From positions 1 through 10,408 of the forward strand of contig JAZDIZ010000100.1 of NCBI GenBank assembly GCA_043804515.1: a DNA stretch of 10,408 bases, given 5' to 3'. Of this stretch, positions 1 through 9,160 are shown piece by piece. The stretch is from Pseudomonadota bacterium. Lineage in GTDB: Bacteria; Bdellovibrionota_G; JALEGL01; DATDPG01. A program made the translations under genes and the position numbers. Within the stretch, counting starts at the first letter, position 1; every line of letters starts with the position of its first letter. The notes under the pieces were generated by a model. It was given only the letters and a program-made list of their open reading frames with translations. It was not told the DNA's origin and ran no database searches.

Positions 1-50
1 TACCCTAAGGCCCGACGAACGAAAGGGCGAAAGGGGAGGAAGCAAGCCAT
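1..50 (-). CDS. Possible 5' end of a gene running off the window
   Basis: ATG at 50-48 with AGGA a few nt upstream. The frame is open to the edge (MACFLPFRPFVRRALG). Too short to verify. Confidence 0.25.
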   Translation of the reverse strand, partial: MACFLPFRPFVRRALG

Positions 51-267
51 AGGTTTCCTAGGTTCTTCAGGGATAAAACTCTAAAGCACCGCAAAACCAC
101 GCGGGCGGAGATGAGGAACGGGCAACCGAACCTCGTCGCCTTCGACAACGCTCACTCCTCGTACCGCACATCTCCTTCACACCGATCTGTCGCCTGTCGC
201 TTTTTTTTGCGCGGGTCTACCGCCAATCGCCGTTTTTGCCATCCCGTAGAATCCGGCTTTTCCGCCG

Positions 268-2061
268 TCAGCCGCGTCTTGCAAGCGCGAAGGAATGCAT
301 GAGCCTCACGTTGACGTTCCGTTGCTCGCGGCCCGCGGCCAGACCTGTCAGCGCGCCCCAATCGCGGCACCCCAGGTAAAGAAGGCCCAGGGTATCTTCC
401 AGGGATTCCGGATCCGTAAGGAACACCGAGGATCGTGCCACCAGCGGAAAGGGGAGTCGAATTTCCTCCGGCCGATCGCAAGGCTTCCGGCTGGCGGGAA
501 CCGACAACACCGTTTCCAACATCCGGACGGCCCGAATCGCCTGTTTCATCCGTACCTCTTGGCGCGCAGCCGTCATTACGGCGTGGCTGCATACAAACTG
601 CCGGATCTGAAACGGGTCCGGATTCGTGAGGCGTTCGCGACATACGGCCAGGAATTCCGCAGCCGGATTCTGTCCTGTCGGTTCGCTCGAAGCCAAGAGG
701 CCAAAACTGTATATGTCGCTATCCAGGGCGTATTCCCGGAACAGTTTCCGTTCAAACAGGATCCCGTACCGTTCCAAAACGCGTTCCCGGTACCAACGTG
801 CTTTCAGAAGGAGCGGGCTGATGACGGCCACGTCCGGCCGCCGTCTCTCGATGTACGTCCGGTACCAGAGCGGAAAGAGCCAATGATCGCTCTCCACAAC
901 AACTGCACTGGAAACAGGCGCCGCATCTAGGTGTGAAGCAAGAGCCTCAGCCTCGTCCGACACCCCCGCGTGAAGAGCCCGCCACCCGGTCGGAAGGATC
1001 CATATCAACGTGAACGACGTCAGTGCAAACGCGAAGAAACGTCTTCCCTTTTCGGGGACCCTGAGCCACGGAGCACACGCCTCGGCTCCCAGCGCCGCCA
1101 GAAGAAGGCTCAGCGCTACGGGAACCATGAGGTACGCGTGAACGTCGGGATTTCTCAGCTGAAAATCCCCCCGAAAGAGCGGCAAGGCCGTTAAGCCCAG
1201 CATGACGGAAAAAAGCACGGTTTCGCGCCGCCGCGTGCGGAAGAGAAGGAAGACCCCCAAGAGCGCCAACAACAATAGTGACAAGGGCCAGATTCCTTCC
1301 GGCCCGAAGAGGAGGGACGAAAGGCCTGTAGGAAGCCCCAGGGGGGAACGCATGAAATGGGAATAATCACGGGCGGAGCCAAACGCGGCAAAAGCCTTCC
1401 ACGACACAGGGGCGTCCCAGTTCACGATGGGGTTTCGGAGCGCCCGAAGAGGCACGTACAGATTCAGCGCCGTTCCCAGGAAAAGAAACGGAATCCACTT
1501 CGCGAACTTCGATGCTGGATAGGGGACTCTTGCGGACACCGCAAACAGGAGGAGAGGCGACAAGGTCAGAGCCAAGAGGGGGTGAAGCGCCGTTACCGCC
1601 CCCAAAGAGAGAGCCAGCGAAAGGCCGAACCTTACGTCCCGAGTGCGGAGCCAGGCAACGGTCAGCAACACGCACGCCAAGGAGAGGGCCGCTTGGAGAG
1701 CGTAGACTTCCGTACGCACGGTCTGAAGCATTACGGAGGGGTGTAAGACAAACCCGAGTGACACCGCAGCCCCGATCCAACTCGACCGGCTCGAGGAGGC
1801 CTTCACGGCCAACGTCCAAAGAATCCAAGAGGCGGCAAGCGTTCCGAAGACCGAAAAAAGGCTTGTGCGAAAGTCCAAACTTCCCAGGGGAATCAGTGCG
1901 AAGAGCCTGGCCAGAAGAACGTAGAGAGCGTGGCCGCCGGGATGGCTTACGCCGAGAACACCCACGACCGTGGAGAACTCTCCGCTGTCGAACCAACCGG
2001 GAAACGAACCCAGACTCAAGAGAAGGACGCAGGCGAGGGCCGCGTGGAAAACGAGTTTCAT
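268..2061 (-). CDS. DUF2723-domain / TMEM260-like multi-pass membrane protein (putative GT-C glycosyltransferase)
   Basis: 597-aa ORF. The N-terminal DSGEF...LGVSHPGGHALY resembles the DUF2723 consensus DSGEF...LGxxHPPGYPLY. It also has a downstream 'TEVYAL' motif, many hydrophobic helices, 'LYVPLRA..NPIVNW' and a soluble C-terminal region containing 'ERRRPDV'. The start overlaps the upstream stop (ATGA, 2058-2061). Confidence 0.85.
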   Translation of the reverse strand: MKLVFHAALACVLLLSLGSFPGWFDSGEFSTVVGVLGVSHPGGHALYVLLARLFALIPLGSLDFRTSLFSVFGTLAASWILWTLAVKASSSRSSWIGAAVSLGFVLHPSVMLQTVRTEVYALQAALSLACVLLTVAWLRTRDVRFGLSLALSLGAVTALHPLLALTLSPLLLFAVSARVPYPASKFAKWIPFLFLGTALNLYVPLRALRNPIVNWDAPVSWKAFAAFGSARDYSHFMRSPLGLPTGLSSLLFGPEGIWPLSLLLLALLGVFLLFRTRRRETVLFSVMLGLTALPLFRGDFQLRNPDVHAYLMVPVALSLLLAALGAEACAPWLRVPEKGRRFFAFALTSFTLIWILPTGWRALHAGVSDEAEALASHLDAAPVSSAVVVESDHWLFPLWYRTYIERRRPDVAVISPLLLKARWYRERVLERYGILFERKLFREYALDSDIYSFGLLASSEPTGQNPAAEFLAVCRERLTNPDPFQIRQFVCSHAVMTAARQEVRMKQAIRAVRMLETVLSVPASRKPCDRPEEIRLPFPLVARSSVFLTDPESLEDTLGLLYLGCRDWGALTGLAAGREQRNVNVRLMHSFALARRG

Positions 2062-3932
2062 TGAGAATCGGCCGTCGTGACCCTGTACACCTTTTCGTCC
2101 ACGAAGAGGCGGACCAGCTCCGCATCCAGCTGTTTCGCCCGGGCCTCCGCCTGGAGGATGTCGAGCGCTTTCTGAATCGATACGGCCCGCTTATAAGGGC
2201 GATCCCTCGCCGTCAGGGCGTCAAAAATATCGGCCACGGTCATGATCCGGGACTGGACGGGGATGTCCTGTGCCTGGAGCCTGCGTGGATAACCCGATCC
2301 GTCGAGCTTCTCGTGGTGGGCGTAGGCGATCGCCGGCACGTTCTTGAGGTCCCGCGTCCAGGGGATGTTCGCCAGGTACCGATACGTGTGCGTGACGTGG
2401 GATTCGACTTCCAAACGCTCCTCATCCGAGAGACTTCCTTTCGGAATGGAGAGGCGAAAAACCTGCTCTTCCGTCAGGAGCGGAACCTCACGTCCCGAGG
2501 GTAGAGGTACTTTCAATTTTCCGACAGCTCCCAAGGCCTTCGAGACTTCCTCGGAAAGCACGGTCGGTTCGTTGCTGCGTTCCACTTGCCCGAACGCGGA
2601 ACCGATTTCATCAAGCCTCAGCTTCATGTCCGCTTCGAGCTTCCTCCATCCGTCGTCGTCCATCCGGCCCCCTCCCGACAGGTGCCGAACCTTTCCCTGC
2701 TCGGCCTCCATCTGGATCCAGCGCCGCAGGAGGTCAAACCGGCCTTGCGCCGATTCCATCTCGGAGGGATAAAGTTTTTTGGCCTTCACGAGCACCGATT
2801 CGCGCACGCCGATCTTTCCAAAGTCGTGCAAAAGCACCGCATATTCGAGCTCGCGAAGATCCCTCGAAGTAAAGTGAAGATCGGCATACGGGCCGTCCTT
2901 TGCACGATTCACCGTCCCGGCCAGCTCGAGAGTCAGCCTCGCCACGCGTTCCGAGTGGCCGGACGTCGTGGGGTCTCTCGATTCGATCGCGCTCACGGAA
3001 GCGCGGATAAACCCTTTGAACAGGTTGTTGATCTCCTCGTAAAGCCTCGCATTCTCCAGCGCGATCCCCGCCTGCGCCGCGATGGATACGAGAAGCCGTT
3101 CGTCCGCCTCCGTAAAGGGGAGGACGTCCATGTCGATCCGCTCCGGTGAAAGCTTCACGGAACGGTCACGCTTCTTGTTCCAAAGTTGCACCACGCCGAT
3201 CAAACAGCCGCGATGGTCCTCCATCGGTGCGGAGAGCACCGACTTGGACCGGTAGCCCGTCTTATGGTCCACTTCGGAAAAAAAGCCGAACGGAAGATCG
3301 GACGGGATTTGATAGACATCCCCGAAACGCAGGGTTTTCCGGTGCGTGGCCACGTATCCCACGAGGCTTTGCGGGTTTAGGGGAATTACGAATTCCTGAA
3401 AGCTCATGGGCACGGAGTCGTTTTGAACCAGTTTGAACCGCAGCTGGGTCGGCCGATCGGGAGAAGGGCCCTCGGCCAGAAAGACGCTCCCCGCGTCAGC
3501 GGAAAGAATCCTGCGTGACTTTTCCAGAATCAGCTCCAGCAACCGGTCCAGGTCTCGTTCGGCGGCAAGCGCCGCCCCGATCGCGTGCAGCGTCTCAACC
3601 GACTCCTCCAGTTCGGTCCTGCGCCGGGCGCTCCTCAGCAGGCCCGCCAGAGTCTGCGCGGCTTCTTTGAGCTGCTCCGGTGTGATCCCTTCCGGAAGAT
3701 GCAGAAACGGGATCCGGTCTTTCAGACCGGCGGGACCGGGGTCGACGCCCAAACCGATGACGCCGTCATACCCCGAAAGGTTCTCCGGTATTTTGCCGCG
3801 CGCGACCAGAATCTTCGGTCTCGCGTCTTCCACGTCCCCGTTCTCTTGAATCAGATGTGATGCCAACGACGCTCGAAGGGACTCCGTTCCTTCCCCGGAG
3901 AGTCGAAGCACAAAATCAGTCGAGGAGGTCAT
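2058..3932 (-). CDS. GAF + HD-GYP domain protein (putative cyclic di-GMP phosphodiesterase)
   Basis: 624 aa. GAF domain (ADAGSVF...GYRSKSVLSAPM...GVVQLWNK...AQAGIALENARL). HD-GYP motifs: RDPTTSGHSERV, LHDFGKIG, HHEKLDGSGYP and ADIFDALTARDRPYK, with a long insertion between the HD and GYP parts. Confidence 0.92.
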   Translation of the reverse strand: MTSSTDFVLRLSGEGTESLRASLASHLIQENGDVEDARPKILVARGKIPENLSGYDGVIGLGVDPGPAGLKDRIPFLHLPEGITPEQLKEAAQTLAGLLRSARRRTELEESVETLHAIGAALAAERDLDRLLELILEKSRRILSADAGSVFLAEGPSPDRPTQLRFKLVQNDSVPMSFQEFVIPLNPQSLVGYVATHRKTLRFGDVYQIPSDLPFGFFSEVDHKTGYRSKSVLSAPMEDHRGCLIGVVQLWNKKRDRSVKLSPERIDMDVLPFTEADERLLVSIAAQAGIALENARLYEEINNLFKGFIRASVSAIESRDPTTSGHSERVARLTLELAGTVNRAKDGPYADLHFTSRDLRELEYAVLLHDFGKIGVRESVLVKAKKLYPSEMESAQGRFDLLRRWIQMEAEQGKVRHLSGGGRMDDDGWRKLEADMKLRLDEIGSAFGQVERSNEPTVLSEEVSKALGAVGKLKVPLPSGREVPLLTEEQVFRLSIPKGSLSDEERLEVESHVTHTYRYLANIPWTRDLKNVPAIAYAHHEKLDGSGYPRRLQAQDIPVQSRIMTVADIFDALTARDRPYKRAVSIQKALDILQAEARAKQLDAELVRLFVDEKVYRVTTADSQ

Positions 3933-4019
3933 GTCTGAGCCGATCGCCTTCGAAAGGGGTTATCGTAGACCCCTCGAACTGTCAAGCCGACCAACGCGCA
4001 GGCAGGTTCAGCGAACGGC

Positions 4020-4577
4020 TCACCTCTTTCCGGACCCGCCGTCTGCAGCGCCCAGCACAACCCCCTGGTCGAACACGTTGAGATTAGCCACAAGAAGGTT
4101 TTTCTTGGAACCGAGTTTTTCCTCGAGCGATTTCCGGACGGCGGCGACCTCGATCACCTTCGACCGCCCCACAAACGCGCCCAGCATGGCCATATTCGCG
4201 GACTTCGCGAACCCTTCCTTGATGGCGACGTCGTTGGCCGGGATCAGTAGTTGGGCGATATCCTTCCGGTCGCTCCGCACGTCGATCAGGCTTGAATTGA
4301 TGAGAAGCAGGCCGTCGGGCTTGATCCCCGGCGAGAACTTGTCGAACGAAGGGCGGTTCATGACGACCGCGCACGTCGGCGTCGAGATGATCGGGCTGGC
4401 GATCTCCCGGTCCGAGATCACGACGGTGCAGTTGGCCGTTCCCCCCCGCATTTCGGGCCCGTACGAGGGAAGCCACACGACGCTCTTGCCCGAATCCATC
4501 GCGGCCTTGGCCAGAATCTGCCCGATGGCCAGGACTCCCTGCCCGCCGAACCCGGCAAAGATCACTTCATACTGCAT
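4020..4577 (-). CDS. 2-oxoacid:acceptor oxidoreductase gamma subunit (Vor/Kor type)
   Basis: 185 aa with AGFGGQG, PSYGPEMRGGTA and ANMAMLGA motifs. Overlaps the beta-subunit stop. Confidence 0.93.
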   Translation of the reverse strand: MQYEVIFAGFGGQGVLAIGQILAKAAMDSGKSVVWLPSYGPEMRGGTANCTVVISDREIASPIISTPTCAVVMNRPSFDKFSPGIKPDGLLLINSSLIDVRSDRKDIAQLLIPANDVAIKEGFAKSANMAMLGAFVGRSKVIEVAAVRKSLEEKLGSKKNLLVANLNVFDQGVVLGAADGGSGKR

Positions 4578-5355
4578 GGCTTGTCTCCGCAGCGGCTTTC
4601 GCCTCGGGGGTTTTGAACTCTCCCAATGGGAAGATCGGAATCATGTTGGCCGCCAGCCATTGAGTCGCCTCCACCGGCGTGAGCCCCCAGTTCGTGGGAC
4701 AGGTGGAGAGCACCTCCACCATAGCGAAGCATTTCCCTTCCACTTGATACTGAAAGGCCCGTTTGATCGCCTTTTTGGCTTTGATAATGTGGGCGGCGTC
4801 GTGCACCGACACGCGGGCGATGTACGCCGGCGTCATGAGCGTGGAAAGAAGTTCAGCCACACGAAGCGGATAACCGGCGGTAGTGACGTCCCGGCCGGAA
4901 GGGCAGGTGGTAGTCCTCTGTCCGGGGATCGTCGTGGGGGCCATCTGCCCCCCCGTCATGCCGTATACGGCATTGTTCACGAAGATCGTCGTGAACTTCT
5001 CCCCGCGGTTCGCCGCATGCAGGATCTCGTTGGTCCCGATTGAAGCCAAGTCCCCGTCACCCTGATACGTGAATACGATCAGGTCCGGCCGGACTCTCTT
5101 GAGGCCGGTCGCAAGAGCGGGAGCTCTGCCGTGCGGGGCCTCCAAAAAATCCGTGTTCATGTAGTTGTACATCAGCACCGAACACCCCACGGGCGCCACG
5201 CCCACGGTTCTTTCCCGGACGCCGAGCTCATCGAGGCTTTCCGCCACCAAGCGGTGGATCACTCCGTGCGTGCACCCTGGACAATAGTGAGTCGGGACGT
5301 CCCGCATGCTGTCGGGGCGCGTGAAGATCAGCTGCTCGAGATCACTTTCGGACAT
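4567..5355 (-). CDS. 2-oxoacid:ferredoxin oxidoreductase beta (TPP-binding) subunit
   Basis: Motifs YCPGCTHG, PVGCS, HGRAPALATG, TPP motif GDGD...NN, YGMTGGQMAPTT and CPTNW. Start reassigned to ATG at 5355 (MSESDLEQ, 262 aa), which has a GGAGG RBS upstream and overlaps the end of the alpha gene. Confidence 0.93.
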   Translation of the reverse strand: MSESDLEQLIFTRPDSMRDVPTHYCPGCTHGVIHRLVAESLDELGVRERTVGVAPVGCSVLMYNYMNTDFLEAPHGRAPALATGLKRVRPDLIVFTYQGDGDLASIGTNEILHAANRGEKFTTIFVNNAVYGMTGGQMAPTTIPGQRTTTCPSGRDVTTAGYPLRVAELLSTLMTPAYIARVSVHDAAHIIKAKKAIKRAFQYQVEGKCFAMVEVLSTCPTNWGLTPVEATQWLAANMIPIFPLGEFKTPEAKAAAETSHAV

Positions 5356-6478
5356 GGCTTTCGCCTCCCTCTGTTTTCCGGCTTGCGGGCGTTGAAAGCC
5401 GCGAGGCCTTACCGAACTCGGCCGCCAATTTCCGTACCTGAGCCGCCACTTCATCGGGGGACGGAACGATTCCTCCCGCCCTGCCGAAGAAACGAACGGG
5501 TTTCTGTCCCGCCGCCGCGCGCTCCACGTCCTCCACCATCTGCCCCATGCTCATCTCCACGCTCAGGAAAACCTTCACATTGGGCCGGGAGGCCACCTTC
5601 CGGATCTCTTCAAGAGGGAAGGGGAAGAGCGAGATCGGCCGGATCAGGCCCACGGGGATCTTCTCCTCGCGAAGGTCGTCGATCACGGTCTTGCAGATGC
5701 GGGCCATCGAACCGTACGCGACGAGCACGATCTCCGTTCCCGATTCGATCGCGTATTCCTCGAACCTCACTTCTTCGCGATTCATCCGTTCGTACTTGCC
5801 CGCGAGTTCGATGTTGTTCTTCTCGAGCATCGTGGGATCCAGATGAAGGCTGCGGATGATTCTGGGTGCGCGGCCTTTTGCCCCTGTCGTCGCCCAGCCG
5901 TCAGCCGCATTGGTTTTTTCTTTTTTCGCTGGGTCGAACTCCACGGGCTCCATCATCTGACCGATCATTCCGTCCCCCGCGACCATCACCGGGTTGCGAT
6001 ATTTGTCCGCCAGGTCGAACGCCAGCTGCACCAGGTCCACGGCTTCCTGAACAGACGAGGGAGCGAGGACGAGAACGCGATAATCGCCGTGCCCGCCTCC
6101 TTTCGTGGCCTGGAAGTAATCCGATTGGGAGGGAAGGATTCCGCCCAAGCCGGGGCCCGCGCGCATGATGTTCACGATGACGACGGGAAGGTGCGCCCCC
6201 GCCATGTAGCTGATCGCCTCCTGCATAAGGCTGATTCCCGGGCTTGAAGAGGTGGTAAACACCCTTAACCCGCTGGATGCGGCTCCGAACAGCATATTGC
6301 TCGCGGCCACCTCGCTCTCGGCCTGTACGAAGACGCCTCCGATCGCGGGAAGGCGCTTGGAGAGATAGTCGGCGACTTCGTTCTGGGGAGTGATGGGATA
6401 GCCGAAGAATCGTTTGGCTCCGACACGGATCGCCGCCTCGGCGATCGCCTCGTTACCCTTCATGAGTTGGCGGGTCAT
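5342..6478 (-). CDS. vorB: 2-oxoacid (2-ketoisovalerate-type) ferredoxin oxidoreductase alpha subunit, VorB-like
   Basis: Motifs MKGNEAIAEAA, FGYPITPQNE, QAESEVAA, TSSSPGISLMQE, RAGPGLGGILPSQSDY, GGGHGDY and VEMSMGQM. Start reassigned to ATG at 6478 (378 aa), overlapping the ferredoxin stop (ATGA). Substrate specificity is inferred. Confidence 0.88.
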   Translation of the reverse strand: MTRQLMKGNEAIAEAAIRVGAKRFFGYPITPQNEVADYLSKRLPAIGGVFVQAESEVAASNMLFGAASSGLRVFTTSSSPGISLMQEAISYMAGAHLPVVIVNIMRAGPGLGGILPSQSDYFQATKGGGHGDYRVLVLAPSSVQEAVDLVQLAFDLADKYRNPVMVAGDGMIGQMMEPVEFDPAKKEKTNAADGWATTGAKGRAPRIIRSLHLDPTMLEKNNIELAGKYERMNREEVRFEEYAIESGTEIVLVAYGSMARICKTVIDDLREEKIPVGLIRPISLFPFPLEEIRKVASRPNVKVFLSVEMSMGQMVEDVERAAAGQKPVRFFGRAGGIVPSPDEVAAQVRKLAAEFGKASRLSTPASRKTEGGESHVRK

Positions 6479-6699
6479 GGCGTTACCTTCTTTCCTTTGC
6501 TGTAAACCTGGATACCCACGTCGGGACACACGATGGCGCAAAGCCGGCATCCGGTGCACAGATCCCGATTCGTCAGCCGGGCGTAAAAATACCCGTGCCG
6601 GTTGATCTCCTTGGCCATCTCGATGCAGTGACGGGGACAGGCGGTCACGCACAGCGCGCAACCTTTGCAGCGGTCCTCGTTGACGTGAATTCTAGGCAC
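6475..6699 (-). CDS. 2[4Fe-4S] ferredoxin (delta subunit of the oxidoreductase)
   Basis: 74 aa with two CxxCxxCxxxCP motifs (CKGCALCVTACP, CTGCRLCAIVCP). GTG start preceded by AGGAGG. Confidence 0.93.
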   Translation of the reverse strand: MPRIHVNEDRCKGCALCVTACPRHCIEMAKEINRHGYFYARLTNRDLCTGCRLCAIVCPDVGIQVYSKGKKVTP

Positions 6700-7447
6700 G
6701 ATTCGTTCCTCCTTGCGCTTCCTTCTCCCAGGGCCGGCGCATCGTCAGGTGCAGCGGTAACACGGCCACCCCGGCCCCGGCGTTTTCCCATTCTTCCACG
6801 AGTCGGTCCTCCATCGCAACGAACGGCACGGGAACGGAAAAGGACCGGGCCACTTCCTGAGCCATCCGAAACCCCTCGGTCACGATCGCAATCGTCGTCT
6901 CGTGCAGCAGGTGCGTATTGGAGACGATGCCGTCCATCTTGAGTTTGGAGGCTGCCTCGATTTTTCGAATCATCTCGACGGAGCCTTCAACCGTATCCGT
7001 GAACGGGCGCCGTGCGTTGAGAACCATCCATAAGTGATGCGAACCCGGCCGAATGGCGTCCTTAAGAGACGCCAGAACCGTGGCCCCCGCATCGTCGCCG
7101 CCGACATCCAAGATCACTCTCTCGGCCGGCTGTCGAAGAAGCGTGCCGATTCTCGGGAGAATGATCGGACTCTCCGAGTAAAAATTCTCGCCCGTGGGCG
7201 CCACGACGTCGATGCCGTCGGCGGTCAATTCGTGGATCGCCTCGCGGGACCTGAAATAGGGGTTGACGATATCCAGATCCACCAGGTGAACCCGCGCCTC
7301 TCCGTGGCGCTTCAGATACAAGGCGAAGTTCACCGCCACTTCGGTTTTTCCGCTTCCGTAGTTTCCGACGAATATGATACTGCCGTCGGGAATCTGAAGT
7401 TTTTCCTTTGGTTTCAAGATCTTCTCCGACCCAAAGTCGCCGCCCAT
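6692..7447 (-). CDS. P-loop NTPase (MinD/ParA/CobQ-like ATP-binding protein) heading the oxidoreductase operon
   Basis: Walker A GNYGSGKT, DLDIVNPYFRSRE and Walker B-like ILDVGGD. The stop overlaps the ferredoxin start. The exact start is uncertain. Confidence 0.82.
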   Translation of the reverse strand: MGGDFGSEKILKPKEKLQIPDGSIIFVGNYGSGKTEVAVNFALYLKRHGEARVHLVDLDIVNPYFRSREAIHELTADGIDVVAPTGENFYSESPIILPRIGTLLRQPAERVILDVGGDDAGATVLASLKDAIRPGSHHLWMVLNARRPFTDTVEGSVEMIRKIEAASKLKMDGIVSNTHLLHETTIAIVTEGFRMAQEVARSFSVPVPFVAMEDRLVEEWENAGAGVAVLPLHLTMRRPWEKEAQGGTNRA

Positions 7448-7528
7448 GTATCAGGCGTGGTGTCCCTGTCAAATGACAAAGGTCATCGTGTCGCATATGG
7501 TTTGCAGTTCCGAGGAGAGGACAGGACC

Positions 7529-8467
7529 ATGCGCAAACCCAGGCACCTTCTGAAAGTATCGGATTTCTCACGTCAGGAATGCGAGAGCGTGATCTCGAGG
7601 GCGATCGAGCTGAAGAAAGATCGCTTCGGCCATTCCGATCTCTTGAAGAACAGCACCCTCCTCATGCTGTTCGAAAAGCCTTCCTTGCGGACCCGGGTCT
7701 CCTTCGAAGCGGGAATGACCCAGTTGGGGGGCCACGCGATTTTTTACTCCATCAAGGATTCGCCCCTCGGAAAGAAAGAGAACATCCACGACACGGCGAG
7801 GTGCGCCTCGCGCTTTGCGGATATCATCGCCGCGAGGGTTTTTTCACGCCGTGACATCCGGGAACTGGCCGAGAATTCCGACGTGCCGGTGATAAACATG
7901 CTGGATGACTTCGCTCACCCGTGCCAAGTCCTCTGCGACTTCCAAACAATACGTGAGAAGAAGAGGGGCCTTTCCAACTTGAAGTTGTCCTACTTCGGGG
8001 ATGCCCATAACAACGTGACGTACGACCTCATGCGGATGTCGGCGCTCTTCGGCTTTCGGATGGACGTAGCCTGCCCGGAGAAACCCGAGCATTCCCCCGA
8101 GGCGGAGGTTCTGGAGGAAGTGGAAACGCTTTCCAAAAAATCGGGAGCACAGATCCGTGTGCTCAACGACGCCCTAAAGGCCGCGCAAGATTCGGACGTT
8201 GTGTACACCGATTCCTGGATGTCCTACGGGATCCCGGCCGAGCAGGAGGAAAAACGGAAAAAGGTGTTCCTTCCGTACCAGGTGAATTCGGCCTTGATGA
8301 AAGCGGCAAAGCCGGATGCCGTGTTTATGAACTGCCTACCGGCCATGCGGGGATTCGAGCAAACCGCCGACGTCATCGACGGGCCGCAAAGCGTCGTCTT
8401 TGATCAAGCGGAAAACCGCCTCCACGTTCAGAAGGCGATCATGTTGTTCCTGCTGGGGAAGCTTTAG
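7529..8467 (+). CDS. argF: Ornithine carbamoyltransferase
   Basis: Start reassigned to ATG at 7529 (MRKPRHLL, 312 aa) with GAGGAG/AGGA upstream. Motifs FEKPSLRTRVSFE, HPCQ, GD..NNV, YTDSWMSYG, FMNCLPA and QAENRLH. Anabolic (argF) versus catabolic (arcB) role is not determinable here. Confidence 0.9.
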   Translation: MRKPRHLLKVSDFSRQECESVISRAIELKKDRFGHSDLLKNSTLLMLFEKPSLRTRVSFEAGMTQLGGHAIFYSIKDSPLGKKENIHDTARCASRFADIIAARVFSRRDIRELAENSDVPVINMLDDFAHPCQVLCDFQTIREKKRGLSNLKLSYFGDAHNNVTYDLMRMSALFGFRMDVACPEKPEHSPEAEVLEEVETLSKKSGAQIRVLNDALKAAQDSDVVYTDSWMSYGIPAEQEEKRKKVFLPYQVNSALMKAAKPDAVFMNCLPAMRGFEQTADVIDGPQSVVFDQAENRLHVQKAIMLFLLGKL

Positions 8468-8476
8468 GAAGAAACT

Positions 8477-9049
8477 CTACGGTACATCGACTACGCCTGT
8501 AGCCAGGTCGATTTCGAGCGGAAGCAGTACGCGGAATTGGCCAAGAGCCAGGGCCTCCATTGGGTCCCGCGCTGCCCCTTCTGTGTCGTCACGAAGTCCG
8601 GAGGGAGGTTTGTCAAGTGCGATGCAGTAAAAATACGCTTTCTTCTCCTGCGTGAGAGGGACCTTCAGAGAGACTGTCTGCTGCGTTTGGTTACACACCA
8701 TGGCGCTTTCCGGCGTCTCTTTAAACGCTTTTAGAACGTCGGCGCCGATCTCAGATTTTCCCTTGGCCATGTGATCCAAAATCACGGCCACTAAGCGGCC
8801 TCGACGCACAAGTTGAAACTCCAGAAATTGACCTGTACGTGGCGCCACATACATAAGCGTTTCCTCGCCGGTTGCGATAGAGGCCGCCCCCCATCCGGGA
8901 GGTGAGTGGGGGAATACGGGTCGTGCTTCCTGGACCATTTTCACTTCGGACGCTTGGAGATCGATCGCGAACAACGATTGGCCCAGCGTTAGGCCGAGGA
9001 CTGCCGACAATACTTTCACGCCTGCGCAAACGATTCTTGAGTTCATCAT
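8477..9049 (-). CDS. Hypothetical exported protein
   Basis: 190-aa ORF with an AGGAG RBS upstream and a signal-peptide-like N-terminus (ending ...QSLFA). No family recognised. Convergent with argF, 9 bp between the stops. Confidence 0.65.
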   Translation of the reverse strand: MMNSRIVCAGVKVLSAVLGLTLGQSLFAIDLQASEVKMVQEARPVFPHSPPGWGAASIATGEETLMYVAPRTGQFLEFQLVRRGRLVAVILDHMAKGKSEIGADVLKAFKETPESAMVCNQTQQTVSLKVPLTQEKKAYFYCIALDKPPSGLRDDTEGAARDPMEALALGQFRVLLPLEIDLATGVVDVP

Positions 9050-9160
9050 CCAACACTCCTGATGTGCGTTTCATGTACCCGGCGAAACCGGGACCTTAGA
9101 ACTCTCTTCGCTCAACTGATTCGGTGCGTCAAGGCAAACGGTAATAAGGGGGATGGCGGG

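Noticed and set aside
3955..3985. Internal promoter or terminator before the HD-GYP gene (TTGACA on the minus strand; AGGGGT/ACCCCT stem)
   Set aside because: There is no good -10 at proper spacing and no U-tract, so support is insufficient.
295..6942. Long plus-strand ORFs (e.g. 1512-2504, 3931-5043, 5131-5859)
   Set aside because: They are antisense shadows of well-supported genes in GC-rich DNA and have no recognisable motifs.
7034..7528. 165-aa N-terminal extension of OTC given by the ORF track
   Set aside because: It overlaps the NTPase gene on the opposite strand. Homology and the RBS point to ATG 7529. The extended starts at 5454 and 6661 were rejected likewise because they overlap upstream genes.
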